DNA of 63,187 nt, counting the filler, from Octopus bimaculoides (lineage: Eukaryota): NCBI RefSeq assembly GCF_001194135.2. It is 6 parts of 6 records of this genome, joined end to end, with 100 filler letters (N's around TTAATTAATTAA, not from the genome) between each part and the next. Parts side by side here need not be neighbours in the genome. Positions count along the whole stretch, not along the records: positions 1 to 5,654 come from NC_068987.1; positions 5,755 to 30,777 come from NC_068984.1; 4 more parts are not named here. The stretch is one strand, 5' to 3'. Positions 1 through 12,139 of the stretch are shown in pieces. The notes under the pieces are model-generated. The model saw nothing but the letters and a program-made list of their open reading frames with translations, was not told the DNA's origin and did not search any database. Positions within the stretch are counted from its first letter, which is position 1. Every line of letters starts with the position of its first letter. The position numbers and the translations under genes are program-made.

Positions 1-99
1 GCACTAATTTCTTTTATTAAGGGATATAGTACAGTTTTTTGTTGTACTAGTGTTTGTATTGTGTGTTGTGTGTATAATGCGTTAGGTATGTGGCCTGCT

Positions 100-1830
100 A
101 GAGTCAGTTTATTTTATTGGATATTTGCTATATAGATTGCGTCTTGTGTTTGTAGATTGTTTTGTTTGGCTTGTATTATTGCATTGATAGTGTCTTATGT
201 TGGATGTAGGCTGTTCCTAGCAGGGCTATTTTTTGAATAGTGTGTTGAGGATCCAGGTATAACTTGTAGGTTATACTGGTATTGTTTTCACCTTTATGCC
301 TTGACTACTTTAATTTCGAGGTCTTTGTGCTTAGAAAATTTCTCCACTTCTTTTTGGACAATATTTTGGTCAGAAGGGGCTGCAATGTCTATCAGTAAGC
401 AAGTGTTTTTTTGTGGCTTGGTCGTTGTCTTGTATCTTGTTTGGCACATGTTTATGCTATTTATTGTCAGTATTAATGTTGAAGTGTCAACAACTACTTA
501 CTCGGTCATATCTGTATATATATTGAGATCTGGCAAGGACTGGGCAGCCAGAGATGATGTGATCAACGGTCTCATTGTGCTGGTTGTGCATTCTACATTG
601 GGTTATAGGGCCTGTTTTCTTTATTTTGCTTTTACAGTTGTTTGTAGTCAGACATTGGTCTCGTTCAGCGAGAATTAGTCCTTCCGTTTCAGCTTTTAGT
701 CCAGAACTTTTGAGTCATTGTTGGCTTTTACTTAGGCTCACTTCTCTGTCAAGCCTTGCAGGGTATTGCCCATGGAGGGATTTTTCTCTCCGTTTCTTCT
801 TTAGTATGTTTTGTTGTTTTGCTTTTGTGGGGTTTTTTTTTTGTCTCTTTGACCATTTCTGCGGTTGTCATCTGAGGTCAATGTATCAATGTAGTTTGCT
901 TCTGCTTTGTATTTGCCACCTGCTCGTGTATAGAAGAAAGCATTTTGTTTGTTTGTTTGTTTTTGTTGTTGCTTTTACATGTAGTAGTCTTCCTCTTTTT
1001 GCTTCTTTTTCTTGCTTTTACATGTAGTAGCCTTCCTCTTTTTGTTTCTAAGTACTTTTCTAGTCCAACTGTTGTTATTTATGATAGTTCTCGATCTGTA
1101 TCAGACAACGGCCTCCTGCTTAGTGAGGTAGATATATTGTTTGTGTCTGCTTTTGGTAGGGGAAGAGACTTCGGTATGCTGTTAATAGTTTTCTGGTTTT
1201 GCTATCTAAATTCGCCGATATTCCAGTTTATTATGTTGAAGCTGTAATTTGTAACTGGTATGGCCAGCGTGTTTACCCTTGTTATCTTATTTTTAACATT
1301 GAGTTCAGTGTTTAATATTAGTCTAATTCTTCTGTAATATTCTCTCCTAATTTTCCCTTTTATTTCTGTGTGTGGTATTTTAGTTGTTTCGTCTACTCCT
1401 AGATATTTGTATGGGCGATAATGGTGTAATTCTCTGTTTCTGTGTCTATGTCAAGTGCAGTGGTTTCAGTGCTGAATAATTTGCCTCTTTTCAGTGTCAC
1501 CTCGGCACATATGTCCAGCGGTATTCTCATCCTGATGTCATTGCTGAAACTATGGGCAATTTTCAGAAGGTTTCTCTGTTTCGTGGTATTTTTAGTGAAA
1601 GCTTTTTAGTGAAAATCATTCATGTGCAGGAAATGGGTTATTGTTAGTCCATAGCATCTATAACCCCTAGTGGTTTCATTTAACAAGTTCGTTAGCGGGG
1701 TCAGAGAAAGGTGCGAAAGCAGGGGTGACAGTGAGTCTCCCTCGAAAATTCCCCTTCTTATGGATATAAGGTAGGTTTTAATGACATGTGATTCAATTTT
1801 AAATCTTATACTAGTTTTCCAATTTGCCAT
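100..1830 (-). mobile_element. R4/Dong-clade REL non-LTR retrotransposon, 3' half, disrupted
   Basis: Minus-strand translation gives RT motifs IRRGIFEGDSLSPLL and ITHFLHMND (YMDD-like), a YKYLG-like motif, YSFNIINW, the CCHC region ETVDHIISGCPVLARSQY, and REL-like TCLLIDIAAPSDQNIVQKEVEKF and IALLGTAYI. Many stops and frameshifts. Confidence 0.85.
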
Positions 1831-1859
1831 TGCATATTTGATATATTTTTAGCAGTATT

Positions 1860-3010
1860 GAAGTTACTTTATTGATGTGGAGAGATTCCAGCGTCCATGA
1901 GTCTGAAGAAAAAGGAGAAGATAATGACCCTAGGAAAAACAGCCAGGAAAATGATGTCGAAACAGAATTTGAAGACCACATATTTGCTGAACAACACAGA
2001 AAATCTATCATTGAAATGAAGCAGGAAGTTCTGAATGAGCTTGCAGTTGTAAGGCATACAAATATGAATGACAGGGAACCACTCCATAAACTCTCAAATG
2101 CACACCAACATAAAGCATAAATAAAAATTGGCAACTGCGTTACACAAGAAATCCGATCTTAATAAATTAAATGAAATTATTCACTCTGTTGCTAAGGTAA
2201 TCGAAAGACGCTATTTTACACCCAAAAAGCCAACAATACCGAATTCGAAAAGAAAATCAAATTGGAGGAGTAGAATTGAAACTGAGATTGAATCATTGCG
2301 AAGGGAGATATCAATATTAACTGAGCTAATCTCTGGAAATAGTGTAAGATCAAGAAAAGGCAGGAAGATTGTGAGAAAATATGGACTCTCAACAAGAGAA
2401 GAACTAATGTCAGCGAAAGAAACACTTAAACAAAAAGTTCAAGCAAAAGCTCAGAGAATACGCAGATTTGAGAAAAGAATCAAATTCTACAAACAAAATC
2501 AGATGTTCAAAGCGAATGCCAAATCATTTTACAGGGAAAAAGGGAAAGAAAAAATAACCATTGAAAATCCACCCCTAATGGAAGAAGTTGAAAACTTTTG
2601 GAAAGGGATCTGAAGTGATGAGAAACCATACAATGAAAATGTAGACTGGATCAAACGCACCCAAGATGCCTACAAAAATCTACAAGAACAGGTATGGGAA
2701 GACATCTCAATCGCCGACCTAAGGAAGGCACTAACGAAGGCTCATAAGTGGAAATCCCCTGGTGCTGATAGAGTACCAAATTTCTGGCTCTCATCACTCT
2801 CGTCCGCACACAAAACGTTAGTAATACTATTTATGAAAGACCCGGGAAAAACTCCCCATTCGATGGCAAATGGTATTACTTACCTCCTCCCCAAAAATAA
2901 CGAAATCAAAGACCCAAAAAACTACCGGCCTATAACATGTTTGTCTACTACCTATGCGATTTTGACATCTATTCTTGTGGAGAAAACATATACGTTTACG
3001 GAAGAGAATA
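1860..3010 (+). mobile_element. R4/Dong-clade non-LTR element, pre-RT region through RT domain 2
   Basis: Translation gives KQKVQAKAQRIRRFEKRIKFYKQNQMF, EEVENFWKGI, AHKWKSPGADRVPNFWL and GITYLLPKNNEIKDPKNYRPITCLSTTY. One in-frame stop at 2611. Confidence 0.85.
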
Positions 3011-3083
3011 ATCCCCGGGTTCAGACTGTGATGCTCTGGAGCCCCTGCCGGGCCAGACTCTTTCATCTGCTGTGCTTCCATGC

Positions 3084-3133
<50 letters not shown>

Positions 3134-3269
3134 TGTATATATATATGTGATATACATACAATATGTGTGTATATACATATAATATACATACAATCTGTAT
3201 ATACATATACGTGTTTGTGTGTGTGTATGCATGCATGTATGTATGTATGATTGTTTGTATGTGTAAGTG

Positions 3270-4110
3270 GGTGACTCCGCATTGGTATATCTCATTTTCT
3301 TCATAACACCACTTTCGAAAATGTCGATGCTGCTATGAGGTTTTACTACTATGGAATATTTTTCAATGATACCCCACATACAAATGGCTCATGAATTCAA
3401 ATATGGGGATCTTGAATACAGCATTCCTTTGCGATAAACAGTGGAAGTTTCACGTTCAAATAATTCTTTATACACTTTGAACCTTGTACTGGTGCAGAGA
3501 TTTGGACAAAACGAACCTTATAATTTTTGCTATTCAAGTTTTCAGAATTTTATGAAGGTTAATACTCAGCCTTGTTGATGTTAAAACTTATTGTGATGTA
3601 TTGAGGTGACAAGAAATGCCGGTTGCTTACAACTACTCCAAATGCCATCACTAAGACTGGGCTCTTTCTTTGCATAACTTCAGGAAACATGGAAAACTAA
3701 AATGCAATAATTTTGCTCTGATAATGATTGATTTAATCGTCTATGAACATCTTTTCGTCAACAAAAGTCCATACCTTTTCCACAGTAAAAACTTTAGATT
3801 TGGAAGATAGAATATCTCCATACTTGCAAACGTCTTTCGTCTAAGTCACTTTTAATGGACCTAAACACCACACTCCTGCTCATAAAATACTTTGTATTTA
3901 CTTTTTTGGGGAGGGGGGGGGTATTTTTTCAGTTTGTGGAAGCTTTTTCTTGATGGGAACAGGTCGTTTCAAAATCACAGAGGAAGTTATGATTATGTTT
4001 ACAATCGTTCGATTACCATAAAATGAGCCAATGATATCTTTTGTAGCCTTAAGCTTAACCAAAGTACGGCAATCTGCTGCTTTTACAATGATCTCGTCAG
4101 GCAACGCCCT
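3270..4110 (-). mobile_element. Degenerate Penelope-like RT relic
   Basis: Motif remnants in the expected order: DEIIVKAADCRTLV (cf. DIIIKPADKG), KLPQTEK (cf. LPKIHK), LVT, NY-like, KMRYTNA (cf. RYxDD). Heavily decayed. Confidence 0.4.
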
Positions 4111-4759
4111 GTATCGGCAATGAAGTTATGAGGCGACGCCCAGCGCAGCTCATTTTAGCAAATACATTTTGGCGCAATTATCGCATAATTCTAGTACATT
4201 CAACCACAATATGTAAACAAAAACAAAAAAAAACAATTAAATTTGATATCTTAAATTCATTACGTGCAAAAGATTAACTCTTAATTCACGACACTTAAGA
4301 TATATTTTAAACGGCCTAAATTTAACTGCCCCACCCTGTGTAGATACACTCACACCCACGCATGCACGCACACACAAACACACACTCATACACACACATA
4401 TAAGCACGGGCACACACACACACACATAGCTGTACATATATCCACAGACGTTCGCAATGTCGTGTATATGCATGGAATGCAATAGTATCCTTTACGTTGT
4501 ATTTCAAATATGCCGATAAAACTTGAAATTATCAAAGGTAAATTACATTTTATAAGAGAAACAATAAACAAATCACATAATAGATCGATTATATAATTCA
4601 AGAAGTAAAAATAACAATATTAAGTTACAAGGTTAGGAAAGAGAAAGAATTGGTTGGCACAATTTACTTACTGCTGTGATATTAGGAAAAGTGGCCCTTT
4701 CCGAACAAAATGAGATTATTTCAAGATCATCTATATACAAATATATCTAAACAGGAAGT

Positions 4760-4978
<219 letters not shown>

Positions 4979-5404
4979 GTTTATGTATGAAGGGAATCAG
5001 CTTAATAGGATCTATTTCCGACTTTGGATGGGTTCTGATTCTGCATTTATATGTATAGCGCTTCTGTATTGTGAAAATATTGGCTAATGTGTGTGTGCGG
5101 GAAGGACTATCTCAATGTCGTCTGCTGACATACCATGTTTAATTTTGAAATGTTAGGTATGCTGTTGATATTGATTGGTTACTTTACGTGATATTCCTCT
5201 AAGATTTTTTTCCATTCTATTTACCATGTTATGCAACGTTTTTCTCCATATCTTATGGCATTGTACATACAACATAGTCTTTCTATGCATCTTATACTAT
5301 ATACTACGTGTCTAATACTTGCAGTTTATTTGTAGAGTTGGTTTGGAAATCCCAAAATATTATAATATTAAAATGCCAAATTGCTCATTAAAATATTATC
5401 TTTT

Positions 5405-5595
5405 TCTTTTATCTTTTACTTGATTCTGTCATTTGACAGCGGCTGTGCTGGGGCACCGCCTTGAAGAGTTTTAGTCGAACCCCAGTACTTTTTTAGTACT
5501 TATTCTTTTGGTCTCTTTGCCGAACTGCTAGGTTACGAGGGCGTAAACACACCAACACTGGTTGTTTAGCAGAGGTGGAGGACAACCACAACTAC
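5405..5595 (-). mobile_element. SINE 3' module (family C; tail GGCGGTGCCCCAGCA...GTCAAATGAC-GAA)
   Basis: Similar to copies at 11968, 33790 and 45910; ends at a (CA)/(TA) microsatellite. Confidence 0.7.
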
Positions 5596-5603
5596 ACACA
5601 CAC

Positions 5604-5654
<51 letters not shown>

Positions 5655-5754
5655 NNNNNNNNNNNNNNNNNNNNNNNNNNNNNNNNNNNNNNNNNNNNTT
5701 AATTAATTAANNNNNNNNNNNNNNNNNNNNNNNNNNNNNNNNNNNNNNNNNNNN
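5655..5754. other. Artificial scaffold-join spacer N44-TTAATTAATTAA-N44
   Basis: Exactly 100 nt, stop codons in all six frames, identical at five positions. Confidence 0.95.
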
Positions 5755-5974
5755 ATCGTCTTTTGAATTATGAACATATTTACATCATAAGGGTTTTTTC
5801 GTTGTAAGGTTTTCTTTTTTAGTTGATTTTCAGCTAGCAAGACGTATCGTAGATGGCATAATAAGTCACACCCGGACAAGGTCGGGTTATACTGCTAGTA
5901 CTTAATAAAACAAGAAATGAAAAGCAGAGAGTATATTTGGCAGTCAACGGTATGCGCGGGGAAAGAAATCTTGT

Positions 5975-6185
5975 AATAATCCTTTCTTTCTCAATAAGCA
6001 CAAGATTTGACATTTTGACAGAGGGAACTAGGCGGTTATATCGATCTCAGTGCTCAACTAGTATTTATTTCATAGACCCGGAAAGGATGAATGGCAATGT
6101 CAACCCCGGTGGAATTTGAACACAGACGAAATAACGCTAATCATTTTGTTCGACGCTGGTATCAATTCTTTCAGATCACCGCCTT
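5975..6185 (-). mobile_element. tRNA-derived SINE (family B; head GGCGAGCTGGCAGAATCGTTAGC)
   Basis: Similar to copies at 10608, 10858, 20068, 36655 and 47750; (ATT)-type tail. Confidence 0.7.
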
Positions 6186-6771
6186 TAAACTGGCAACAGT
6201 GAAAAGAAAGTAAGTTCTCTGCTAAAAGAAGTACGTTAACGAGAAATACTTGACAGCTTGAGAAAAAATATATACACTAGATCATAACCATATGTTACTA
6301 GAGAAAAACTATGTTTTTTGAAAATTTTATTTAATAGAAATTAATCTTTGAAGTATTGAGATTAATATTGATATCATCAGCCAAAGGCAAAATTTTGTTA
6401 CTATTTACCGTTTTGTTAAACTACTTTTACTCCTTGCTATCACGCTGCTATTCTCTAACTATCAGAAGTAACGACTGGTGAGATTGGAAAATTCTGAAAA
6501 TTTCTCTGGGACTAGACATGAAATCAATACATATTAGCTAGACATATCATTCTACTTAGATCTTTGGAATCGTCAACAAACACAGAAACAACTAGGCAGT
6601 GTGACTTAATCAAACAGAGAAGCTCAATGTAGAAATGTTATAGCGTACCGCTCAGTCAAAGACGGTAACTACAAACTAATATGTCACAAGGAAATGGACC
6701 ATAACCGATCTGTTTCTGCTACCAAATTAATTTGCACGGTTAACATCATGGAATAAATTTACAAACCTGTC

Positions 6772-6811
<40 letters not shown>

Positions 6812-6821
6812 NNNNNNNNNN

Positions 6822-6875
<54 letters not shown>

Positions 6876-7329
6876 GATATGATATTCAATTTAAGGGAAT
6901 AATATACAACATTATCAAACTGAATATGTGTATTAAAATCTATATGAAATTAAAAATAATGAAAAAGATTGTAATCCATCTATTTACTTTAAAGTAAGTA
7001 CACAAACGATGATGACATAATCTAGCAGCAACTGTATTGACAGAAAACGAGGAACAGACAACGTGAAACCTTTTGTAATAAATAAAAATAATAAAGGAAC
7101 ATGTAGCAAACATGGTGAAATGACGTCACGTAAGAAATACGGCAGAGAAAACTGAAATAAAGACAAGATTTATAGAAATTGAAAACAGACGACAAACCAG
7201 CAAGACATCATATAACATGAGAAGTATATTTTTCAGCAACCAATCAAGCATTAAAACTAATATGAAAAATAATAATAAACAGAATAGGTTACGATAAAGC
7301 TAATGATAGAGTGACGTGCTTGATTGTAC

Positions 7330-7800
7330 CTTTAGCTTAATCGATGGAGATGTATGAACTTTCATTAGTAGGGGTTCATGAAGAAGAGTCACTGCGAATC
7401 GATTGTAAAATAACATCAATTCACCAGGAAACGGCCTTAAAATAGGCATATTTTCCATGCAAAAAGAAAAGCACTAGAAGTGTGAAAAGATGGTGAAATC
7501 GATGCAGATGAACAAACGATAAAGAATATGAAGTGAAAGACTGGAAAGGAATTATATGAGCCTAAAGAGTGGACCTAACTCAAAACATATGTCGAAAATA
7601 AGAACTAAAGAGCTAAATTGATATGACTTCAATATTATAAACTGGACTTTGCAAGAGATTTACAAAACCGGATTGGACTGCTAGAAAATAATCTATTAAC
7701 CAAATATTGACTGGATCACAGTCTCAAAATTCAAGACACTTTCGTATAAGCAGATGCAAAGGATTACGAAAGCAAAACATTGCATTCAATACAGAAAGAA
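7330..7800 (+). mobile_element. Highly degenerate R4/Dong-like RT fragment
   Basis: Remnants RGVHEEESL (cf. RGIFQGDSL) and YDFNIINWTLQEI (cf. YSFNIINW). Confidence 0.4.
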
Positions 7801-7906
7801 AAGCAAAAATATTTAACAGAAATATGTATTTTATAATCATACATTTTTCAAACATGACAAACACAATATTAAACGTGCATAAATAGTAGAATATATATAT
7901 ATATAT

Positions 7907-8237
7907 AAGAACGAGATACTGCAGCAGCCTCGGTTTCAGAGGACCTCAGCTCTTCAATGCCCTGCCAAAACATTTGAGAGACATGCAAGACATGGATGCG
8001 GAGGTCTTCAAGACAAAACTTGACGCTTTCCTCTCCACGATACCAGACGAACCAATGGCTCGTAATGAGACGCAGTTTAGGGCAGCTGTGTCAAATTCTC
8101 TTATACACCAGATGTGCCATCAAAACTCTTGATTGGACCATGTCAGGTGGGGGAGAAGAGCCATGCAAGGAACGTGAAAATCACGGTGGTGCACCAGCAT
8201 GACCGCAGCCACTTGGCTGAAACACATAAATAAATAA
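7907..8237 (+). mobile_element. 5'-truncated LINE 3' end (CR1/L2/Jockey-group-like ORF2 C-terminus, UTR and (TAAA)n tail)
   Basis: Open frame 7911-8132: TRYCSSLGFRGPQLFNALPKHLRDMQDMDAEVFKTKLDAFLSTIPDEP...AVSNSLIHQMCHQNS*; tail TAAATAAATAA. Confidence 0.8.
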
Positions 8238-8662
8238 NNNNNNNNNNNNNNNNNNNNNNNNNNNNNNNNNNNNNNNNNNNNNNNNNNNNNNNNNNNNNNN
8301 NNNNNNNNNNNNNNNNNNNNNNNNNNNNNNNNNNNNNNNNNNNNNNNNNNNNNNNNNNNNNNNNNNNNNNNNNNNNNNNNNNNNNNNNNNNNNNNNNNNN
8401 NNNNNNNNNNNNNNNNNNNNNNNNNNNNNNNNNNNNNNNNNNNNNNNNNNNNNNNNNNNNNNNNNNNNNNNNNNNNNNNNNNNNNNNNNNNNNNNNNNNN
8501 NNNNNNNNNNNNNNNNNNNNNNNNNNNNNNNNNNNNNNNNNNNNNNNNNNNNNNNNNNNNNNNNNNNNNNNNNNNNNNNNNNNNNNNNNNNNNNNNNNNN
8601 NNNNNNNNTATATATATATATATGTATATCATTATGTTGCATGAATGAAGGATACATATACA

Positions 8663-8716
8663 GAACTGAAGAACCTAGAAGTTGACGTAATTGTCAGCTT
8701 CTGGGCTTTTCAGTTC
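8663..8716 (+). repeat. 54-nt hairpin (24-bp stem, 6-nt loop)
   Basis: GAACTGAAGAACCTAGAAGTTGAC pairs with GTCAGCTTCTGGGCTTTTCAGTTC at 23 of 24 positions, including 3 G:U pairs. Confidence 0.75.
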
Positions 8717-8814
8717 TTCAGACAAAGACTAACAGTAGCTACTTGATTCTAGTTATTTTTCCTATCGCCAGAGATAGTGCTAGAGAAAGAAAATAGTCTT
8801 GTATCTAGGATATG

Positions 8815-9160
8815 CAAATACAAAGAGATAAATCTGGACGAGCATCCTCGTATTATCGAAAAAGACAAGATATCCTAATTTTACACAGATATTGATGTAA
8901 GCAGACAATAATGTCGCAGAAAAGAACGATAAAAATTATATAACTGAATACATGGCAATAGAAACATCGAAGATATCTAATATATACTCAAGATATATCC
9001 TTATAATTATAGAAACGTTGGGATCAGTGAAGCAAAAGACGAATGAGAATCGAAGAACTTTCAGATAAGCCTTCCATGTGTAAAGCTCAGTGGAAGTAGC
9101 ACTCCTTAGGAAGTGTCCATGTTATGTGAAAGATATGATCAGAAACACTTTAAGATGAAT
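8815..9160 (+). mobile_element. Degenerate REL-endonuclease C-terminus of an R4/Dong-like element
   Basis: Remnants IIETLGSVK and VALLGSVHVM (cf. ALLGTARILRKVL). Confidence 0.55.
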
Positions 9161-9290
9161 AGCTTATAACTAGAAACCCATTCTACCACGAAATTATTTC
9201 GGAAGATTATATTACCTTAAACACAAAAACATGATTGTAGTAAGGACAACCATTCAAATTATGATGATGATGACGGCGACGACGACGATG

Positions 9291-9347
<57 letters not shown>

Positions 9348-9514
9348 CTACTGAATAATAATAATAATAATAATCTTAAAGCGGTGGAAAAGATTGGTAT
9401 CAGTCTTGCTATGAAATGTGCTCATTTTTAAGGAAACTATGACTGCCTGAGGTACTTGTGACTTGACACATGACTAAACACGCCCGTGCTGTTTCCACAT
9501 ACACTAAATGACGA

Positions 9515-9583
<69 letters not shown>
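9291..9583. repeat. (TAA)n arrays interrupted by LINE 3' ends
   Basis: Arrays at about 9291-9345, 9353-9373 and 9516-9583. Confidence 0.9.
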
Positions 9584-9584
<1 letters not shown>

Positions 9585-9708
9585 TTCTTCGCAGGGTTCT
9601 TTGTGCACGGCCAGTAAACATATGTCACCTTAGTCTGATCTCTGTGGACAACTGACACTTTCCATTATACCCAGCAAAATAAACTGAGTTTTCATCAAAT
9701 AATAATAA
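9584..9708 (+). mobile_element. Short 3' end of a Dong-like element within (TAA)n
   Basis: Begins ILRRVL; about 100 nt similar to 10473-10580 (CCAGTAAAC...ACACTTTCCATTATACCCAGCAAAATAA); followed by AATAATAA. Confidence 0.65.
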
Positions 9709-9711
9709 CAG

Positions 9712-10600
9712 TTACAAAATGTTCAACAAGATCACTTCATATTTGCTTTGCATGGATAATCTGAAATTATATGCAAAAAATTACAATGAACTGAAAGATC
9801 TCTATTAACTGCGAAAAAAGTCAGTGATGACATCAATATGGAATTTGATCTTGAGAAGTCTGCAAAAGCTTTGTTCAAACATGGTAAACTGACAGCTAAC
9901 ACTTTAGACCCAAAATGATCCTGATACATTTAGCAAGGACCTAGATCAAAAAGGCTTTTATAAGTATCTTGGGATACACAAAGGAAAAAGGATTCAACAC
10001 GGATCAATGAAAGAGAAGATGAGGAAAGAGTATTATAGACGTGTCAGAATGGTCCTGAATACTGAGAATAGAATCGCAGCTATAAAATTCCCCGGCGGAA
10101 CCAGTTGTCCAGTATAACCATAAAAGAACTGGTGTGAACACCATCCAGAGCCAGTTACTAAGGGAGATAATGCAATGATCCAGTGTGATCACCTGACCAG
10201 ACATTGGAAACCGGATATTGTTGTGGTGAATAAAAAAGAAAGAACATGCTTGATCATCGACGTAATATGTCCCGGTGACAAGAGGATCAAAGAGAAGAAA
10301 ACTGAATAACGACGACAATTTGAAGTGGGAAATACGGAGGCTGTGGTCAATGAGAAGTGTAGACGGGATATTAATAGTAATTCGCGCATTCAACTACCAA
10401 CATGGCTGAAAAAGATTGGTACAAATGTAAAGGTAGAACACCTAGACAAATCAGCATTGCTTGGAACTGCAAGAATTCTTCGCAAAGTTCTTGAAGCACG
10501 ACCAGTAAACAAGTGTCACTTAAGTCTCCTGGCTCCCCTGGAGAGCTAACACTTTCCATTATACCCAGCAAAATAAGCAATTTTGAGTAAGAAGCTAAGT
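9712..10600 (+). mobile_element. R4/Dong-clade element, RT C-terminal half and REL domain, internally deleted
   Basis: YLLCMDNLKLYAK, SDDINMEFDLEKSAK, YKYLGIH, MKEKMRKEYYRRVRMVL, KPDIVVVNKKERTCLIIDV, LDKSALLGTARILRKVLE. Confidence 0.85.
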
Positions 10601-10607
10601 TAATTAT

Positions 10608-11055
10608 ATCGACCACAGTGCTCAGTTGGTACTTATTTTATCGACTCCGAAATGATGAAAGACATAGTCGACCTCGACGGAATTTCACTTCAGAACGTAA
10701 AGAGGACGAAATGCCGCTAAGCATTTTGCCCACCTTGCTAACGATTCGGCGAGTTCGCGAACTTACCTCTTAGATGATGATAATATTAACGTGATTTAAC
10801 AAAACTTACAAAAAAAAAAAGATTGTTATCAAAAACTACATGATAATGATAAATATAATGATTCTTTCTTCTAGAGGCGTAAGGCCTGAAATTTGGCGGT
10901 AGTGGGTTGATAGTCTGGTTTCATCGACTGATACTTATTTAATCGACTCAAAAGGATGAAAAGTAAAGTCAACCTCGCCGGAATTTGAACTCAGGACGTA
11001 AAGACAGGAGAAATGCGAAGCATCCTGTTCGACGTGCTAACGATTCTACCAACTG
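10608..11055 (-). mobile_element. Two family-B SINE copies (10608-10760 and 10858-11055)
   Basis: Both contain TCGACT...GATGAAA...AGTC-ACCTCG-CGGAATTT...CAG-ACGTAAAG. Confidence 0.75.
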
Positions 11056-11243
11056 GCTGTTTTTTCATCCCAACAACAAAAATGGAAGATATGGAGTGTT
11101 AACGAAACATCTGTTGCAATAAAAGACTAGATATGTTCAGTTCGTGTACAGGATAATGTCTAGAGTGAAAAAAACATAATGCAATATTCGTAGATAATCA
11201 AACTTCCAAAAGTAAGGACTAGAATTCTTTAATGCTGCAATTT

Positions 11244-11403
11244 CAGGCATGGCTGTGTGGTAAGAAGTTTGCTTCCCAACCATATGTTTCCAGGTTAAGT
11301 CCCACAGCGTGATACTTTGGGCACGTGTCCTCTACTATAGCCTCGGCTCGACCAAAACCTTCTGAGTAGATTTGTTAGACGGCAACTGAAAGAAGCCCGT
11401 CGA
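11244..11403 (+). mobile_element. tRNA-derived SINE (family A; head GG-GTGGCTGTGTGGTAAGAAG)
   Basis: Similar to copies at 30633, 54425, 59526 and 60657; ends GAAAGAAGCCCGTCG followed by (TA)n. Confidence 0.8.
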
Positions 11404-11562
11404 ATATATATATATATAAGGTTAAGAAGGGTATTGGATTCAACCAAACCCAAAGATACGAGTAATACTGAGTAAGTGCTGTATACCGGCTAGTTTTGCC
11501 CCTTTCGCTGTATAAACAAGAGTGGGGATTATAACATAGGTCGTGTATTAGCGTGTGTATGC

Positions 11563-11662
11563 ATAAAGAGAGAAAAGGATAAAGAGAACCATGGCAAAGT
11601 TAGAAATATATTTTATGGATAAAGTCTTTGCCATAGTTCTCTTTATCCTTTTCTCTCTTTAT
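11563..11662. repeat. Inverted repeat with 37-bp arms (1 mismatch) and a 26-nt loop
   Basis: ATAAAGAGAGAAAAGGATAAAGAGAACCATGGCAAAG at 11563-11599; reverse complement at 11626-11662. Confidence 0.9.
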
Positions 11663-11892
11663 ACATGTATATATATATANNNNNNNNNNNNNNNNNNNNN
11701 NNNNNNNNNNNNNNNNNNNNNNNNNNNNNNNNNNNNNNNNNNNNNNNNNNNNNNNNNNNNNNNNNNNNNNNNNNNNNNNNNNNNNNNNNNNNNNNNNNNN
11801 NNNNNNNNNNNNNNNNNNNNNNNNNNNNNNNNNNNNNNNNNNNNNNNNNNNNNNNNNNNNNNNNNNNNNNNNNNNNNNNNNNNNNNNNNNNN

Positions 11893-11923
<31 letters not shown>

Positions 11924-11967
11924 ATGTATGTATATTGTATATGTATATGTGTGTGTGTGTGTGTCAT

Positions 11968-12125
11968 AGTGCCTGCGTTTGCTCCCTCCACCATTGTTTG
12001 ACAACCGATGTCGGTGTGTTTACGTCCCCGTAATCTTGCGGTTCGGCCTAAGAGACCGACAGAATAAGTACTAAGCTTACAAAGTATAAATTCTGGGGTC
12101 AATTTCTTCGACTAAAATCGCTGAA
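11968..12125 (+). mobile_element. SINE 3' module (family C)
   Basis: TTGACAACCGATGTCGGTGTGTTTACGTCCCCGTAA...AGAATAAGTACTAAGCTTAC. Confidence 0.75.
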
Positions 12126-12139
12126 TGCGGAGACGGGAT

